Shown in pieces: positions 40,201-48,880 of a DNA stretch of 64,000 nucleotides. The stretch's first letter is position 1, and each line of letters begins with the position of its first letter. The notes beneath the pieces are model-generated. The model saw only the letters and a program-made list of their open reading frames with translations. It did not search any database and was not told the DNA's origin. The stretch spans positions 1,280,001-1,344,000 of the forward strand of contig OZ220696.1 of the NCBI GenBank assembly GCA_965116495.1. Reading direction: 5' to 3'. Position numbers and translations under genes: made by a program. The DNA comes from Gammaproteobacteria bacterium (GTDB lineage Bacteria > Pseudomonadota > Gammaproteobacteria > Eutrophobiales > Eutrophobiaceae).

Positions 40201-40283
40201 ACTCCCATAACTCGCCCATGTCCATGTTTGAGCGCTTTGCTGGCGGAGTGAAAAAAGGAGTGGCTGTCGAGAGACGTAATTGA
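37245..40283 (+). CDS. Molybdenum hydroxylase large subunit with an N-terminal CoxG/SRPBCC domain
   Basis: First ~150 aa are CoxG-like; then RREDDRLVKGKG, RSPYAHA, GGSFGNK, QGQGHET, GTYASQ, AKGMGEG. Confidence 0.9.
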   Translation: MKMYFSGEFSVDLPKAEVYSLLSDPEQFAPLLPGFHSMEMKNANTALIRARVGIGRIGGIASTELSLGETEPPRRAGYIGRGKLMQGVYTLRTSFDLSDAGAGTLISWQGETHLTGKILSLAGGGIRGYAEKEINKLIASLEAALSPGAAPSEPAETGGWFSRILSGLSGVSDSATPALVEAQNTSEVSEQLQAERNAARIRANAVLDAPRRDAKPARREDDRLVKGKGYFVDDYSPAGLMHMTLVRSPYAHARIVDIDVSKAEALPGVACTLTGKEVMAMSDPFIQIGAGAPQNITDYALATDKAIYQGDPVVAVVAESISIAEDAAQLVEVVYEPLDVVLDPEQALEDKVIVHDEAGTNATFQGIYDYGDVDQALADAAHVVRIDKLNFHRFGSTALEPNACVATWDPRDEIDLFSNTIMTVPLVFLAPALRVRMDQIRLRTYDIGGSFGNKICNYPYLALACLASKKLNGAPVKWIETRAGHMLAGGHGSERVYLDTEVALDSDGVITAIRSKHIDDIGGYPRYEPLGSVIWSQVLPASYKLRNISIDFNQVTTNKGPAAPNRGYSRLPHIWFMERVIDICGHELGIPADEIRLKNYVEEFPYETPNGCVYDSGDFPAMLAKAKEMVGWDAWKKKQAQAREEGRLIGIGIGTTLDSGTNNWGQARYVNPDAPFSGNSTAATIKLDLDGSVVVSLGTFPQGQGHETTTAQVVGEVLGIPPELVHVKTGFDSLNDSHTGQSGTYASQFAVTGLSAAHGAALKLKAEMAKLACFALEAVEEDLEYGVGDMGPQVGVKGTDRALNYWMLANFINSNSATLPDELRGLSLNARHVYMPPFKLPDVEKKIGNLTLTYALQLHISVVEVNPDTFQTRILDYAIVDDCGKVINPMIVEGQVHGAAAHGIGATLVEDISYDASGNAISGSFTDYAPITISTMPELKCSNRQSPSPFTFHGAKGMGEGGGGPLHSLCAALQDALHDKDIIIENSHNSPMSMFERFAGGVKKGVAVERRN

Positions 40284-40291
40284 TCTCCCGT

Positions 40292-40449
40292 TCGTCATTC
40301 CAGCTCCCTTGCTCGTCATTCCAGCTCCCTTGCTCGTCATTCCCGCGCAGGCGGGAATCCAGTGGAACATCCGCCACGCAGGGACACCTTGCAAAGTGTC
40401 ACAAGCGACCGCTTTGTTGACTGGATTCCGGCATCTGCCGGAATGACGG
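40292..40449. repeat. REP-like doublet (GTCATTCC...GGAATCCAG family) with 21-bp tandem duplications
   Basis: CGTCATTCCCGCGCAGGCGGGAATCCAG and the inverted CTGGATTCCGGCATCTGCCGGAATGACG. Confidence 0.8.
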
Positions 40450-40451
40450 TT

Positions 40452-41444
40452 ATGCCCGTTTCTTTTCATATAGGCATCCTGCCCAACCGGCCCCTGGCGG
40501 ATTTTGTCGACTGGGTCGCCCGCGCCGAGACCCTGGGTTTTGGCGGTGTCTGGGTGGCGGACTCCCAGTCCGTATTCCGCGATGCCTTCATGGCCCTGAC
40601 CCTGTTCGCCGACCGCACCAGCCGCATGGAACTGGCGACCGGCGTCACCAACGTGATCACCCGGCATCCCGCGGTCCTGGCCCACAGTTATGCCTCCCTG
40701 GATGAATATTCCAACGGCCGCGCGGTACTGGGCATAGGGCTCGGGGATAGCGCGGTCCATACGATCGGGGAGAAACCCGCCAAACTTAGGCGCATGGAAT
40801 ATATCATCGCTGTGCTCAGACGCCTGATGGCGGGAGAAGAGGTTGATTTTGACGGCCAACACATCAAGGTAAGCTGGCCGCCGCGCAGGGTGCCGGTAGT
40901 CACTGCCTGCACCGGGCCGAAATCCCTGCAACTGGCCGGCCGTATCGCCGACGGCGTACTGTTCCAGGTGGGGGCTGACCCGGACCTGGTGCGCTACGCA
41001 AAAAAGAACATCGACATCGGCGCCGCACAGGCCGGTCGCGACCTGTCCGATATCAAGCTGTACCAGCGCCTGGCCTTTGCCGTGTCGGACGATCGTGAAC
41101 AGGTGCGCGCCGAGGCGCGCGGTTATGCCTCAGTCGCGGCGAGCACGATCCACAAGGCTGTGCCGCACGAGGATATGCCTGCCGACCTGTTCCGCGACCT
41201 GCAGATCATGAAGGAGAAATATGACTACCAGCAGCACGGCAGCATGGATGCGCAACAGGCCGGACTGATCACTGACCGCATCCTGGATGCAGTGGCGATA
41301 ACCGGCACACCTGATGAAGTAATACCCAGGTTAAGGGAGCTGACAGACCTGGGTATTGAGAATTTTGTCCTGCCGATCGCGACAAAACACCCGGATGCGG
41401 TTATCAATACCCTGGCCGAAAAGGTAATGCCGTATATTGCCTGA
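40452..41444 (+). CDS. LLM class flavin-dependent oxidoreductase (Mer-like)
   Basis: GVWVADSQ, TGVTN..TRHP, GRAVLGIGLGDS, GPKSLQLAGRIADG. Confidence 0.9.
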   Translation: MPVSFHIGILPNRPLADFVDWVARAETLGFGGVWVADSQSVFRDAFMALTLFADRTSRMELATGVTNVITRHPAVLAHSYASLDEYSNGRAVLGIGLGDSAVHTIGEKPAKLRRMEYIIAVLRRLMAGEEVDFDGQHIKVSWPPRRVPVVTACTGPKSLQLAGRIADGVLFQVGADPDLVRYAKKNIDIGAAQAGRDLSDIKLYQRLAFAVSDDREQVRAEARGYASVAASTIHKAVPHEDMPADLFRDLQIMKEKYDYQQHGSMDAQQAGLITDRILDAVAITGTPDEVIPRLRELTDLGIENFVLPIATKHPDAVINTLAEKVMPYIA

Positions 41445-41488
41445 CTGGTTCCCGGCGTTCGCCGGGACGACGAGTTAGCCGGAACGAC
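41445..41488. repeat. REP-like palindrome
   Basis: CTGGTTCCCGGCGTTCGCCGGGACGACG directly after the stop codon. Confidence 0.6.
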
Positions 41489-41551
41489 AGGGGCCAGTGC
41501 CTTTATATGCTATACTGCTGCACCTTATTTGAACTGCCAGGAGATACAAAA

Positions 41552-41845
41552 ATGTTTAACAAGCCTCTGATAATCATGCTGCTGTTGTCTGTGTTACTCT
41601 CCGGATACGCTGTTGCCGGTGAAGATTACGTGGGCAGCCTGATCACGGCTACACCGTATGAAGGCCGGCAACTGGCTATTAAGCTGGCCAGGAAATCCAT
41701 CGGCGAGATGCAGTCGGACTCTGCTGTAAAAAAAGAAGTGCGCGCCCAGTACTCCACAGATGGTGGGATGCTGATAGATGCAGCCGAGGTTATCGCCATA
41801 GAATTCGCCACCATAGCCAAGGCGAATAATTACTGGCGTAAATAG
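41552..41845 (+). CDS. Hexameric tyrosine-coordinated heme protein (HTHP) with signal peptide
   Basis: LITATPYEGRQLAIKLAR...VRAQY...FATIAKANNYW resembles HTHP; AGGAG RBS. Confidence 0.85.
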   Translation: MFNKPLIIMLLLSVLLSGYAVAGEDYVGSLITATPYEGRQLAIKLARKSIGEMQSDSAVKKEVRAQYSTDGGMLIDAAEVIAIEFATIAKANNYWRK

Positions 41846-41930
41846 CGTTTTATAGCCCCGGCCTGAGGCCGGCAAGCCAATTACGGCCCAGGTTGTCGTA
41901 CGCGCGGTATGGTGGCGCGGTGAAGCAGGC

Positions 41931-43994
41931 TTATCTCGCCGATACCTCTACCCGGGCATCGAAGGCGGCCTGCCCGGTGCTGAAGGGAAACAGGTTGACG
42001 GCGCTGTCCGGGATGCAGTTGGCGCCGGAGGTGAGATTGTTGAAACCGGGCCAGCCGTCATGCATGTATACGGTGCCCGGTGGCACGTCGCCGGTTACCC
42101 TGGCCAGGGCGTCACAGCCACCGCGCTCGTTGTGTATCCTGATCGGCATACCGTCCTCAAGCCCGCGCGTTGCTGCATCCCTGTCCGATATCCACAGGGT
42201 CGGCCCTTCCTCCAGCCGCTCGAGGGAAGGCAGAGCACGTCCATGGTCGTAGAACGCATGAAAATGCGTCAACATCCTACCGTTGCGCAGTTCCAGGGGA
42301 AAACCTGACGCAGGACGGGCCTGGTAATCCGGCAATGCCGGCAACCCGTGCTCAGCCGCCCGTTCGGAATAAAACTCGATCTTGCCCGACGGCGTTGCGT
42401 AACGGTGATCGATGTGCGCAACGTGGGAAATATTCAATTCGCCGATACCCCCCTGTTCGCGCAGGGAAGCAACGGTGGCATGACCGGTGCATGGATGATC
42501 CAGTACCGCGTCGATGTGACCGTTGTCTGCCTCCCACGGATAAAAGTCTTTAATCTCCAGCCGCGCGGCCAGGTCCCTGAGCAGTGCAGTCATGGAACGG
42601 GTCTCACCGGCCGGCGGCAGGGCCTGTTCCATGAGATACAGGTGCGTGTGAGTGCCTTTTACCCCTGTGTCTTCCAGCCACGCCGTTGCCGGCAACATGA
42701 TATCCGCATATCGCCTGCTCATATCATTCATAAAGAGATCATGACAAACGATCATGTCCATTTGCGCCAGGCCCTGTTCCAAGCGTGTTGCATCGGCGTA
42801 GGACGACAACATGTTGGTGCCGAGCAGCAGGAAGGCGCGTATGCGGCCTGCTGTTATGGCATCAAGGATGGCCGGCATCTGGTTGGGGATGTAATCGCCT
42901 GGCGGGCGGGCCCCGAAATTCAGAATATGTTGCGTGGCAAAGCCATGGGACATGGCGGCATGCCTGGGTCCCAGACCACAGCCCGGTTTGCCGGATTTTC
43001 CGGTGAGTGGCGGCAAACAGGATACTGCCCGGCTAGCCTGCCAGCCGTTCTGATCCTTGTATATGGAACTGCCGCCCAGCAGGATCATCGCACGCACCGT
43101 AGCGGCGTAATCACGGGTGAATCCACGTATCCGGCCTGCATCGATAGCGGTAATCGCTTCAGCCCATTCCGGGGTAAATCCCTGAACATGTCCGGTTAAT
43201 TGCGCAAAGCCGATCGTGTGGTTGTCGATGAATTCCTTATCATGCAGGCCTTCGGTAATGATTACGTGCATCATGGCCAGCGCCAATGCCGCATCTGTTC
43301 CGGGCCTGACTAAGAAATACTCGTCCGCAAGGCGGCATGCCTCAGTCACACGCACATCGATTACAACCACCCTGGCGCCGCGCCGTTTTGCCGCGCTAAT
43401 ATGCCTGCCCGTATTCGGCTGACTGGCGATGTTTGCGCCCCAGAGGATGATCAGGTCCGAGTGCTTTCCCATATCTTCCTTGGTGTTCGCCTCCAGCATC
43501 CCGGTAAGGCCCAGGCCGAAACCACCCAGGCCCCAGCAGATCATGCTGGGATCCCACCACTGGCAACCATACATATTGCCGAACCTCAAAGCCAGTTCGG
43601 CATGGGCGAAAGTGCCGTAATCATTGGCCAGCGCGCCGTGCCCGGGCCACAGACCCACGGCTTCGCGGCCGGCGCTGCGGAAACCGGCAACGATACGGTC
43701 CATGGCCTCGTCCCAGCTAACCCTGCGCCAGTCACCAGTCCCGCGCGTCTCGCGCACCATGGGATATAACAGGCGCCGGGGATTATCGATGATTTCATGG
43801 GCAGCCTGGCCCCGTACACACAGGAACCCCCGGCTGTCCGGGTTCTCCTTGTCCCCCCTCGTTTCGACAAGACGATCACCTTCCACGGTGGCCAGCATCC
43901 CGCACAGCGTGGGGTGGCAATTCATGGGACACATGGTGCGGATGGTGCGGATGGTGCGGCGTGTATTCGAGTTGTTGTCACTCATTGCTGTCAA
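41931..43994 (-). CDS. DMSO-reductase-family molybdopterin oxidoreductase (cytoplasmic)
   Basis: CPMNCHPTLC...C Fe-S motif, RLLYP, WGAN, RPGTDAALAL, ADIMLPA, TPSGKIEF. Confidence 0.9.
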   Translation of the reverse strand: MTAMSDNNSNTRRTIRTIRTMCPMNCHPTLCGMLATVEGDRLVETRGDKENPDSRGFLCVRGQAAHEIIDNPRRLLYPMVRETRGTGDWRRVSWDEAMDRIVAGFRSAGREAVGLWPGHGALANDYGTFAHAELALRFGNMYGCQWWDPSMICWGLGGFGLGLTGMLEANTKEDMGKHSDLIILWGANIASQPNTGRHISAAKRRGARVVVIDVRVTEACRLADEYFLVRPGTDAALALAMMHVIITEGLHDKEFIDNHTIGFAQLTGHVQGFTPEWAEAITAIDAGRIRGFTRDYAATVRAMILLGGSSIYKDQNGWQASRAVSCLPPLTGKSGKPGCGLGPRHAAMSHGFATQHILNFGARPPGDYIPNQMPAILDAITAGRIRAFLLLGTNMLSSYADATRLEQGLAQMDMIVCHDLFMNDMSRRYADIMLPATAWLEDTGVKGTHTHLYLMEQALPPAGETRSMTALLRDLAARLEIKDFYPWEADNGHIDAVLDHPCTGHATVASLREQGGIGELNISHVAHIDHRYATPSGKIEFYSERAAEHGLPALPDYQARPASGFPLELRNGRMLTHFHAFYDHGRALPSLERLEEGPTLWISDRDAATRGLEDGMPIRIHNERGGCDALARVTGDVPPGTVYMHDGWPGFNNLTSGANCIPDSAVNLFPFSTGQAAFDARVEVSAR

Positions 43995-44018
43995 CCATGT
44001 ACAGATAATGGCAACGGT

Positions 44019-44651
44019 TCACTTCACCTGCAGCAGATAAGATGATTGCGGAATAGTATAGCCTTTTACTACCGTTTCGGTTGTCTCCAGAAATTCCACA
44101 TCACACCACGGTTGGTACAAGGACCTGACTTCATCGTCATAGACCGGATGGGGCGGCGGGCTGAACAGCTCTTCTTCATGGGCCAGGGTAAGCATCAGGG
44201 TCTTGGCAGGCGGTTGCAGCAGGGCTTTCAGCTTACCCACATACCGGATACGCATTGCGGGGGGTAACGCAATCAAAGAACCGCGGTCAAACACCGCCAC
44301 CACGTCGTGCAGCAAGGCGGGCGTCAATGAAAAGAAATCCCCGCATAAAATCTGAATGCGATCCGACCTGTAGCGGGTAAACGGCCCGACTCCATCCTGC
44401 GCGGCATCCAGATCGTGTTCGCTGAAAAATGACTGTACCGCGAATTCGCTCAACTCGACTCCCAGTACCTCATAACCCTGTTGCGCCAGCCACAACATAT
44501 CCTTTGATTTACCGCACATCGGTACAAACACCCGGGCAGCAGCCGGAAGGTCAAGCCTGTGCCAATGCCTGAGCAACGGCGGGTTGTAATCTTGCTGGTG
44601 GAAACCGAGGTCACCGATTTCCCACCTTTCATGCCAGAATTGATGTTCCAT
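44019..44651 (-). CDS. tpm: Thiopurine S-methyltransferase
   Basis: FWHERW..GFH, FVPMCGKSKDM, GDFF, FDRGSLIALP. Confidence 0.92.
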   Translation of the reverse strand: MEHQFWHERWEIGDLGFHQQDYNPPLLRHWHRLDLPAAARVFVPMCGKSKDMLWLAQQGYEVLGVELSEFAVQSFFSEHDLDAAQDGVGPFTRYRSDRIQILCGDFFSLTPALLHDVVAVFDRGSLIALPPAMRIRYVGKLKALLQPPAKTLMLTLAHEEELFSPPPHPVYDDEVRSLYQPWCDVEFLETTETVVKGYTIPQSSYLLQVK

Positions 44652-44718
44652 GGTTCGGGATTATACCAACACCTGTTTATTTTCGCTTTCAGTTTAAAGG
44701 CGGGCCTGATTTTTGCCG

Positions 44719-44912
44719 CAGGGCAACCGCATACTTTTGGATTGTGCCGCAAAGGACTGACATGAGGCAGGAAAAGGCCGTCCGTCATTCCGGCGAATGC
44801 CGGAATCCAGTGAACAAACCAACCTGTTACCATAAAGAAGCATTTTTTTGACTGGATTCCGGCACTCGCCGGAATGACGATAGGTCGGATTCAAAAGTAT
44901 GCGGTTGCCCTG
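44719..44912. mobile_element. 194-bp MITE-like element with 21-bp TIRs, a ~10-bp target duplication and an internal REP doublet
   Basis: CAGGGCAACCGCATACTTTTG ... CAAAAGTATGCGGTTGCCCTG flanked by ATTTTTGCCG / ATTTTTGCTG; REP halves at 44782-44810 and 44852-44879. Confidence 0.75.
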
Positions 44913-46326
44913 ATTTTTGCTGCGGTCTGAATGGATCCGCTTCTATTGATGACAGTGTAAGCTTAAAGAAATCATTCAGCTGCTGTGCCATGCTCGGGTT
45001 TTCCTTCAGCAAATTAAACAGCTCAAGAGGATCCTCGTCCAGATTGTAGAGTTCCCTGGCTTCCCTGTTACTGTCCAGCAGCAGCTTCCATTGGCCCTGC
45101 CGAACCGCGAATTCCAGGTCGGATACAGACGGCAATGCCCAGAAGGCGGAACGGGCCGGCATTTTTCCCCCGGCGAAAACCGGACTGATGTCCTGGCTGT
45201 CGATTGGACGGTCTGCAGGTATATCTCCACCCCCGATATTTGCCAGTGTTGCGAAGAAATCCGTACCGACGATGAATTCGTTCGATACTGTTCCGGGTGT
45301 GGTGACTCCCGGGTAGCGGACGATCGCCGGGACCTTGATCCCACCCTCGTACAGTAAGTGCTTGCGACCTCGCAAGCCGCCGGTTTCCCCGTATGCATTA
45401 ACCTCCCACCAATTAAACCAGTTCGCCGTTACCGGCCCGTTGTCACTGGCAAATACAACAACAGTCTCCTCGTCTATGGACAGGTCCTTCAGCAACTGCA
45501 GTACCCGGCCCAGTTGCGCATCCATGTAAGTGATATTTGCATAGTATTCGCCGGGACCGCGTGCAACGAGCTTGTCCTTCGGAATGCCGCCGCCGGATGC
45601 TATGGGGATTATCGGGCCATTGGTAAAATCCGAATATTGCTCATTGAATTCCGGTGGGTTCTCGATCGTCGTGTGCGGTTCCGCCATACTCAGGTACAGG
45701 AAAAAAGGCTTGCTCTTATCCCGGCCTTCCAGCCAGGCAATCGCCTCATCAGCATAAAGCTGTGCTGTGTACCCTGCCTGCATTTCCAACGCAACACCGT
45801 TGCGAAACAGGTTGGTCGGATTACGATTCGTAGGGATCTGAAACGCGTTATGGCCGTAGAAATAATCAAATCCCTGGTCACCCGGCTGCGCTTCGGCAGC
45901 GCTGCCCAGGTCGGAATTAAGATGCCATTTACCGATGAGCGCAGTCTGGTACCCGACTGCAGCCAGGACCTCCGCAAGCGTCACTTCCTCGGTACGCAGG
46001 TAGATACCTGAGCCCTCCGGTATCCAGGTGTCTATGCCGGTTCGATACGGGTGCCGTCCGGTCAGCAATCCTACCCTGGACGGAGAGCAGAGCGCTGACG
46101 GTGCATAGTAGTTCGTCAGCCGCAGCCCACCGGCAGCGAGCGCATCCAGGTTCGGCGTCCTGATGACAGGATGACCGTAACTTGCAAGATCCCCATAGCC
46201 GAGATCGTCGACGTAAATCAGGAGAATATTGGGTTGTGTAATTTCCTGCTGCCCGGATGCAAATCCTGGACAAGAAATACTCAATGCAATGACAATGAAG
46301 CGAAGCAGTCTACTTGTTCCTAACAC
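44827..46326 (-). CDS. Secreted Cys-type sulfatase (arylsulfatase family)
   Basis: Signal peptide, PNILLIYVDDLGYGD, CSPSR formylglycine motif, GKWHL, SDNG. Confidence 0.93.
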   Translation of the reverse strand: MLGTSRLLRFIVIALSISCPGFASGQQEITQPNILLIYVDDLGYGDLASYGHPVIRTPNLDALAAGGLRLTNYYAPSALCSPSRVGLLTGRHPYRTGIDTWIPEGSGIYLRTEEVTLAEVLAAVGYQTALIGKWHLNSDLGSAAEAQPGDQGFDYFYGHNAFQIPTNRNPTNLFRNGVALEMQAGYTAQLYADEAIAWLEGRDKSKPFFLYLSMAEPHTTIENPPEFNEQYSDFTNGPIIPIASGGGIPKDKLVARGPGEYYANITYMDAQLGRVLQLLKDLSIDEETVVVFASDNGPVTANWFNWWEVNAYGETGGLRGRKHLLYEGGIKVPAIVRYPGVTTPGTVSNEFIVGTDFFATLANIGGGDIPADRPIDSQDISPVFAGGKMPARSAFWALPSVSDLEFAVRQGQWKLLLDSNREARELYNLDEDPLELFNLLKENPSMAQQLNDFFKLTLSSIEADPFRPQQKSGQPHTFESDLSSFRRVPESSQKNASLW

Positions 46327-46362
46327 TATGGAGTCAGACCCTGCAAGACTTGCATATGAGAG

Positions 46363-47895
46363 TTAAACCGGTCCGACCCCAAACAACCTGTCCAGGTGTC
46401 TCTGCTCAGGGCGTCGATTAGCGGTGGTTTGACTGACAAGAAGGTAGACAAGAACGGAGACGATAAACGCGGGTATCACTTCATGGATGTCCTGTAAGGC
46501 GGGGAACTGGAAGCGGAACGCGAAACGCCAGATCACGCAACTCAGTATGCCGGCCAGCATGGATGCAAGCGCCCCCATGTCGGTACCCCAGCGCAGGTAG
46601 AGCCCGCCGAAGATTGCCGGGAAGAAACTGGCTGCAAATACGGCTCCTGAAAAGGCGGTCAGTTCGACAATACCGGCCGGTGGATGGAGTGTGAATACGT
46701 ACAGCAGAATACTGTAGCCGAAGATTGCCCATTTGGTGCGCGGCACCAGCCTGCTCTTTTCCATAGGTCTTGCGACGTGCCAGATATCCTGGATGAAGGC
46801 GGTGCCGACGATAAGCATTACCGCTGCCAGCGACGACATGCCGGCGGCGAACAGTCCCGCCACGCAGATGCCGCTTACCCATGGGTCATCGAACTTCGCC
46901 AACATAAAGCCCACAACCTCGTCCGTATTCCGCACCAGGTAAGCCGCTTCCTGTTCCGTCGCCATGCCGTGCACCAGCGCACCCAGTCCCATCACGCAGA
47001 TCAGGGAGATGCCAAGAAAAACAGGCGTCCAGATCATTGCAAATTTCATGCTGCGGGCATTGTCGATGGAATAAAACCGGATCAGACAGCGCGGTTCTGC
47101 GATTTGCTTCATACCTACGGCAAGACCGATGCCGAGGATATAAAAGAACGAGACCAGTTGTCCAAAAGTCACCAATCCGTTGCCCATGGGTTGTCCGAAC
47201 CGGTCCGGATGTGTCGTCTCGGCAATCCGGCCCATCAGTTCAGCCGGACCGCCGACATAGATGAAAGGCACCATGACGAGGATGATGGCCACGGCGAACA
47301 TCATGATCCCCTGTACGGCGTCGGTCCATAACACGCCGTACATGCCGCCCCAGACAGTGTAAGAAGTGGTGATCAGGATCATAAACGCCGTGCCCCAGGC
47401 ATAGGGTACGTCGAGTACTGCCGTCAGCACATGGCCCAGCCCCTTGGTAATACCCACCATGTACCAGAGCGTGGCAAACAGGATCACCACGGCCGACAGC
47501 ACCCGGATCGACTTCGACAGGGACGATCTATAACGCAGGTGGAAATAATCGGGGATGGTGTAGGAGCCGAGCAGCGCGGTCTGGTTGCGCATGCGTGGGC
47601 CCAGCACCAGCCAGGAGATGACGCAGAAGATGGCCCAGATCAGCCCGACCCAGGCCCAGGACAGACCATACTGGAAGGCCTTGCCCGCCTGCCCTATGTA
47701 GGTATTGGTGCTGGCAAAGGTGGAGAAAAATGCAAGCGAGACAACCCAGCCGGGTATTTCCCGTTTGGCGACGTAAAAGGCCTGCACGCCTGCAGCCGCC
47801 CTGCTCCTGAAATACCAGCCGACACCCAGGCAAAAAACCAGGTACAGGACCATCAGGCCCAGGACAATGGCATGTCCGGCCAGGTATTCGATCAC
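46363..47895 (-). CDS. Sodium:solute symporter family transporter
   Basis: About 13 TM segments, YTIPDYF, GGMYGVLWTD..QG, AAGMSS. Confidence 0.9.
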   Translation of the reverse strand: MIEYLAGHAIVLGLMVLYLVFCLGVGWYFRSRAAAGVQAFYVAKREIPGWVVSLAFFSTFASTNTYIGQAGKAFQYGLSWAWVGLIWAIFCVISWLVLGPRMRNQTALLGSYTIPDYFHLRYRSSLSKSIRVLSAVVILFATLWYMVGITKGLGHVLTAVLDVPYAWGTAFMILITTSYTVWGGMYGVLWTDAVQGIMMFAVAIILVMVPFIYVGGPAELMGRIAETTHPDRFGQPMGNGLVTFGQLVSFFYILGIGLAVGMKQIAEPRCLIRFYSIDNARSMKFAMIWTPVFLGISLICVMGLGALVHGMATEQEAAYLVRNTDEVVGFMLAKFDDPWVSGICVAGLFAAGMSSLAAVMLIVGTAFIQDIWHVARPMEKSRLVPRTKWAIFGYSILLYVFTLHPPAGIVELTAFSGAVFAASFFPAIFGGLYLRWGTDMGALASMLAGILSCVIWRFAFRFQFPALQDIHEVIPAFIVSVLVYLLVSQTTANRRPEQRHLDRLFGVGPV

Positions 47896-48026
47896 TTGCC
47901 TTCGCTCCCGTTTTCCCCTTCCTCCGGCTGTTCGCGGATGTGGATCGTCATGCGTGAAACGATCACGGCATTGACGATAATGACAATGATTATTCCCCAG
48001 TAGGGGAAGGCAGTCAGCAAATCCAT
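47892..48026 (-). CDS. 44-aa single-TM small protein, translationally coupled to the SSS transporter
   Basis: MDLLTAFPYWGIIIVIIVNAVIVSRMTIHIREQPEEGENGSEGK; its TGA overlaps the transporter GTG (GTGA); below the ORF-track cutoff. Confidence 0.7.
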   Translation of the reverse strand: MDLLTAFPYWGIIIVIIVNAVIVSRMTIHIREQPEEGENGSEGK

Positions 48027-48274
48027 GATCGGCTCAATACGATAACTGAAATAAGGAATTCAGGGGGTTTACCCAGTGCGATCAGGCCAATATATCACGC
48101 TGTTAATATAACTCAAGATTTAAGGAAACTGACTTAAGCGGCTACAAAGTCTATTTCTGGCGAACTCGAAATCAAAGTGATCCCTTCTATCAGGACATCT
48201 GTCATCTGTCTTGCAGGACACCGGGCCATTGTGTTACCTTTTACAATACCAATTCAGCATAGGAGAACGTCATC

Positions 48275-48880
48275 ATGGAAAATGAACTGCATCGAGAGCC
48301 CGCCACCCCCGAAGAAATCTGGAATATCCTGCGCACCTCATCGGAGAAATCAGCCCGCGAGATGGAGGAGATCCGAAAGCAGATGAAGGAAACCGACCAG
48401 CGGATTAAGGAGACCGATCGGCAGATGAAGGACACCGACCGGCGGTTGAAGAAGCTGGATGAGTTGTTTAACAGTCAGTGGGGCAAGTTGATGGAGAGTC
48501 TGGTGGACGGGGACCTGGTGGCTTTGCTTCAGGAGAAAGGGATAGCCGTGAGTCGGACTCACACCAATGTGAAGGACAAATGGGATGGCCTGCATTACGA
48601 GTTTGATATTCTGGCGGTGAACGGTGAGGAAGTAGTAGTAGTGGAAGTGAAGACCACGCTACGGGCCGAGGACGTGACGCATTTTCTGGAGAAACTAGGC
48701 CACTTCACGGAGTGGGTGCCGGAATACAAAGGAAGGAAGATATTGGCTGCGGTGGCGTACCTGAAGGCAGATTCTACTATCAGGAAGCATGCGGAGCGGC
48801 AAGGTTTATATGTCATCCGGGCCACCGGCAGCAGCGCCAGTATCATCAACGAGCCGAACTTCCGGCCCCGGGTGTTTTAG
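48275..48880 (+). CDS. Coiled-coil plus PD-(D/E)XK nuclease-fold protein (DUF3782-like)
   Basis: KETD heptad repeats, WGKLMESLV, EFDILAVNGEEVVVVEVK. Confidence 0.78.
   Translation: MENELHREPATPEEIWNILRTSSEKSAREMEEIRKQMKETDQRIKETDRQMKDTDRRLKKLDELFNSQWGKLMESLVDGDLVALLQEKGIAVSRTHTNVKDKWDGLHYEFDILAVNGEEVVVVEVKTTLRAEDVTHFLEKLGHFTEWVPEYKGRKILAAVAYLKADSTIRKHAERQGLYVIRATGSSASIINEPNFRPRVF

Noticed and set aside
37245-40283. Aerobic CO dehydrogenase (coxMSL)
   Set aside because: The active-site loop is GTYASQF rather than AYxCSFR or AYxGAGR, and no coxDEF genes are present
43933-43959. ATGGTGCGG x3 at the Mo-enzyme N-terminus as a phase-variation tract
   Set aside because: The 9-bp unit preserves the frame, so it cannot switch expression; probably slippage
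41931-43994. NapA or formate dehydrogenase partner for napGH; possible selenoprotein
   Set aside because: No Tat signal with a hydrophobic core, no NapA/Fdh motifs recognized, and no in-frame TGA
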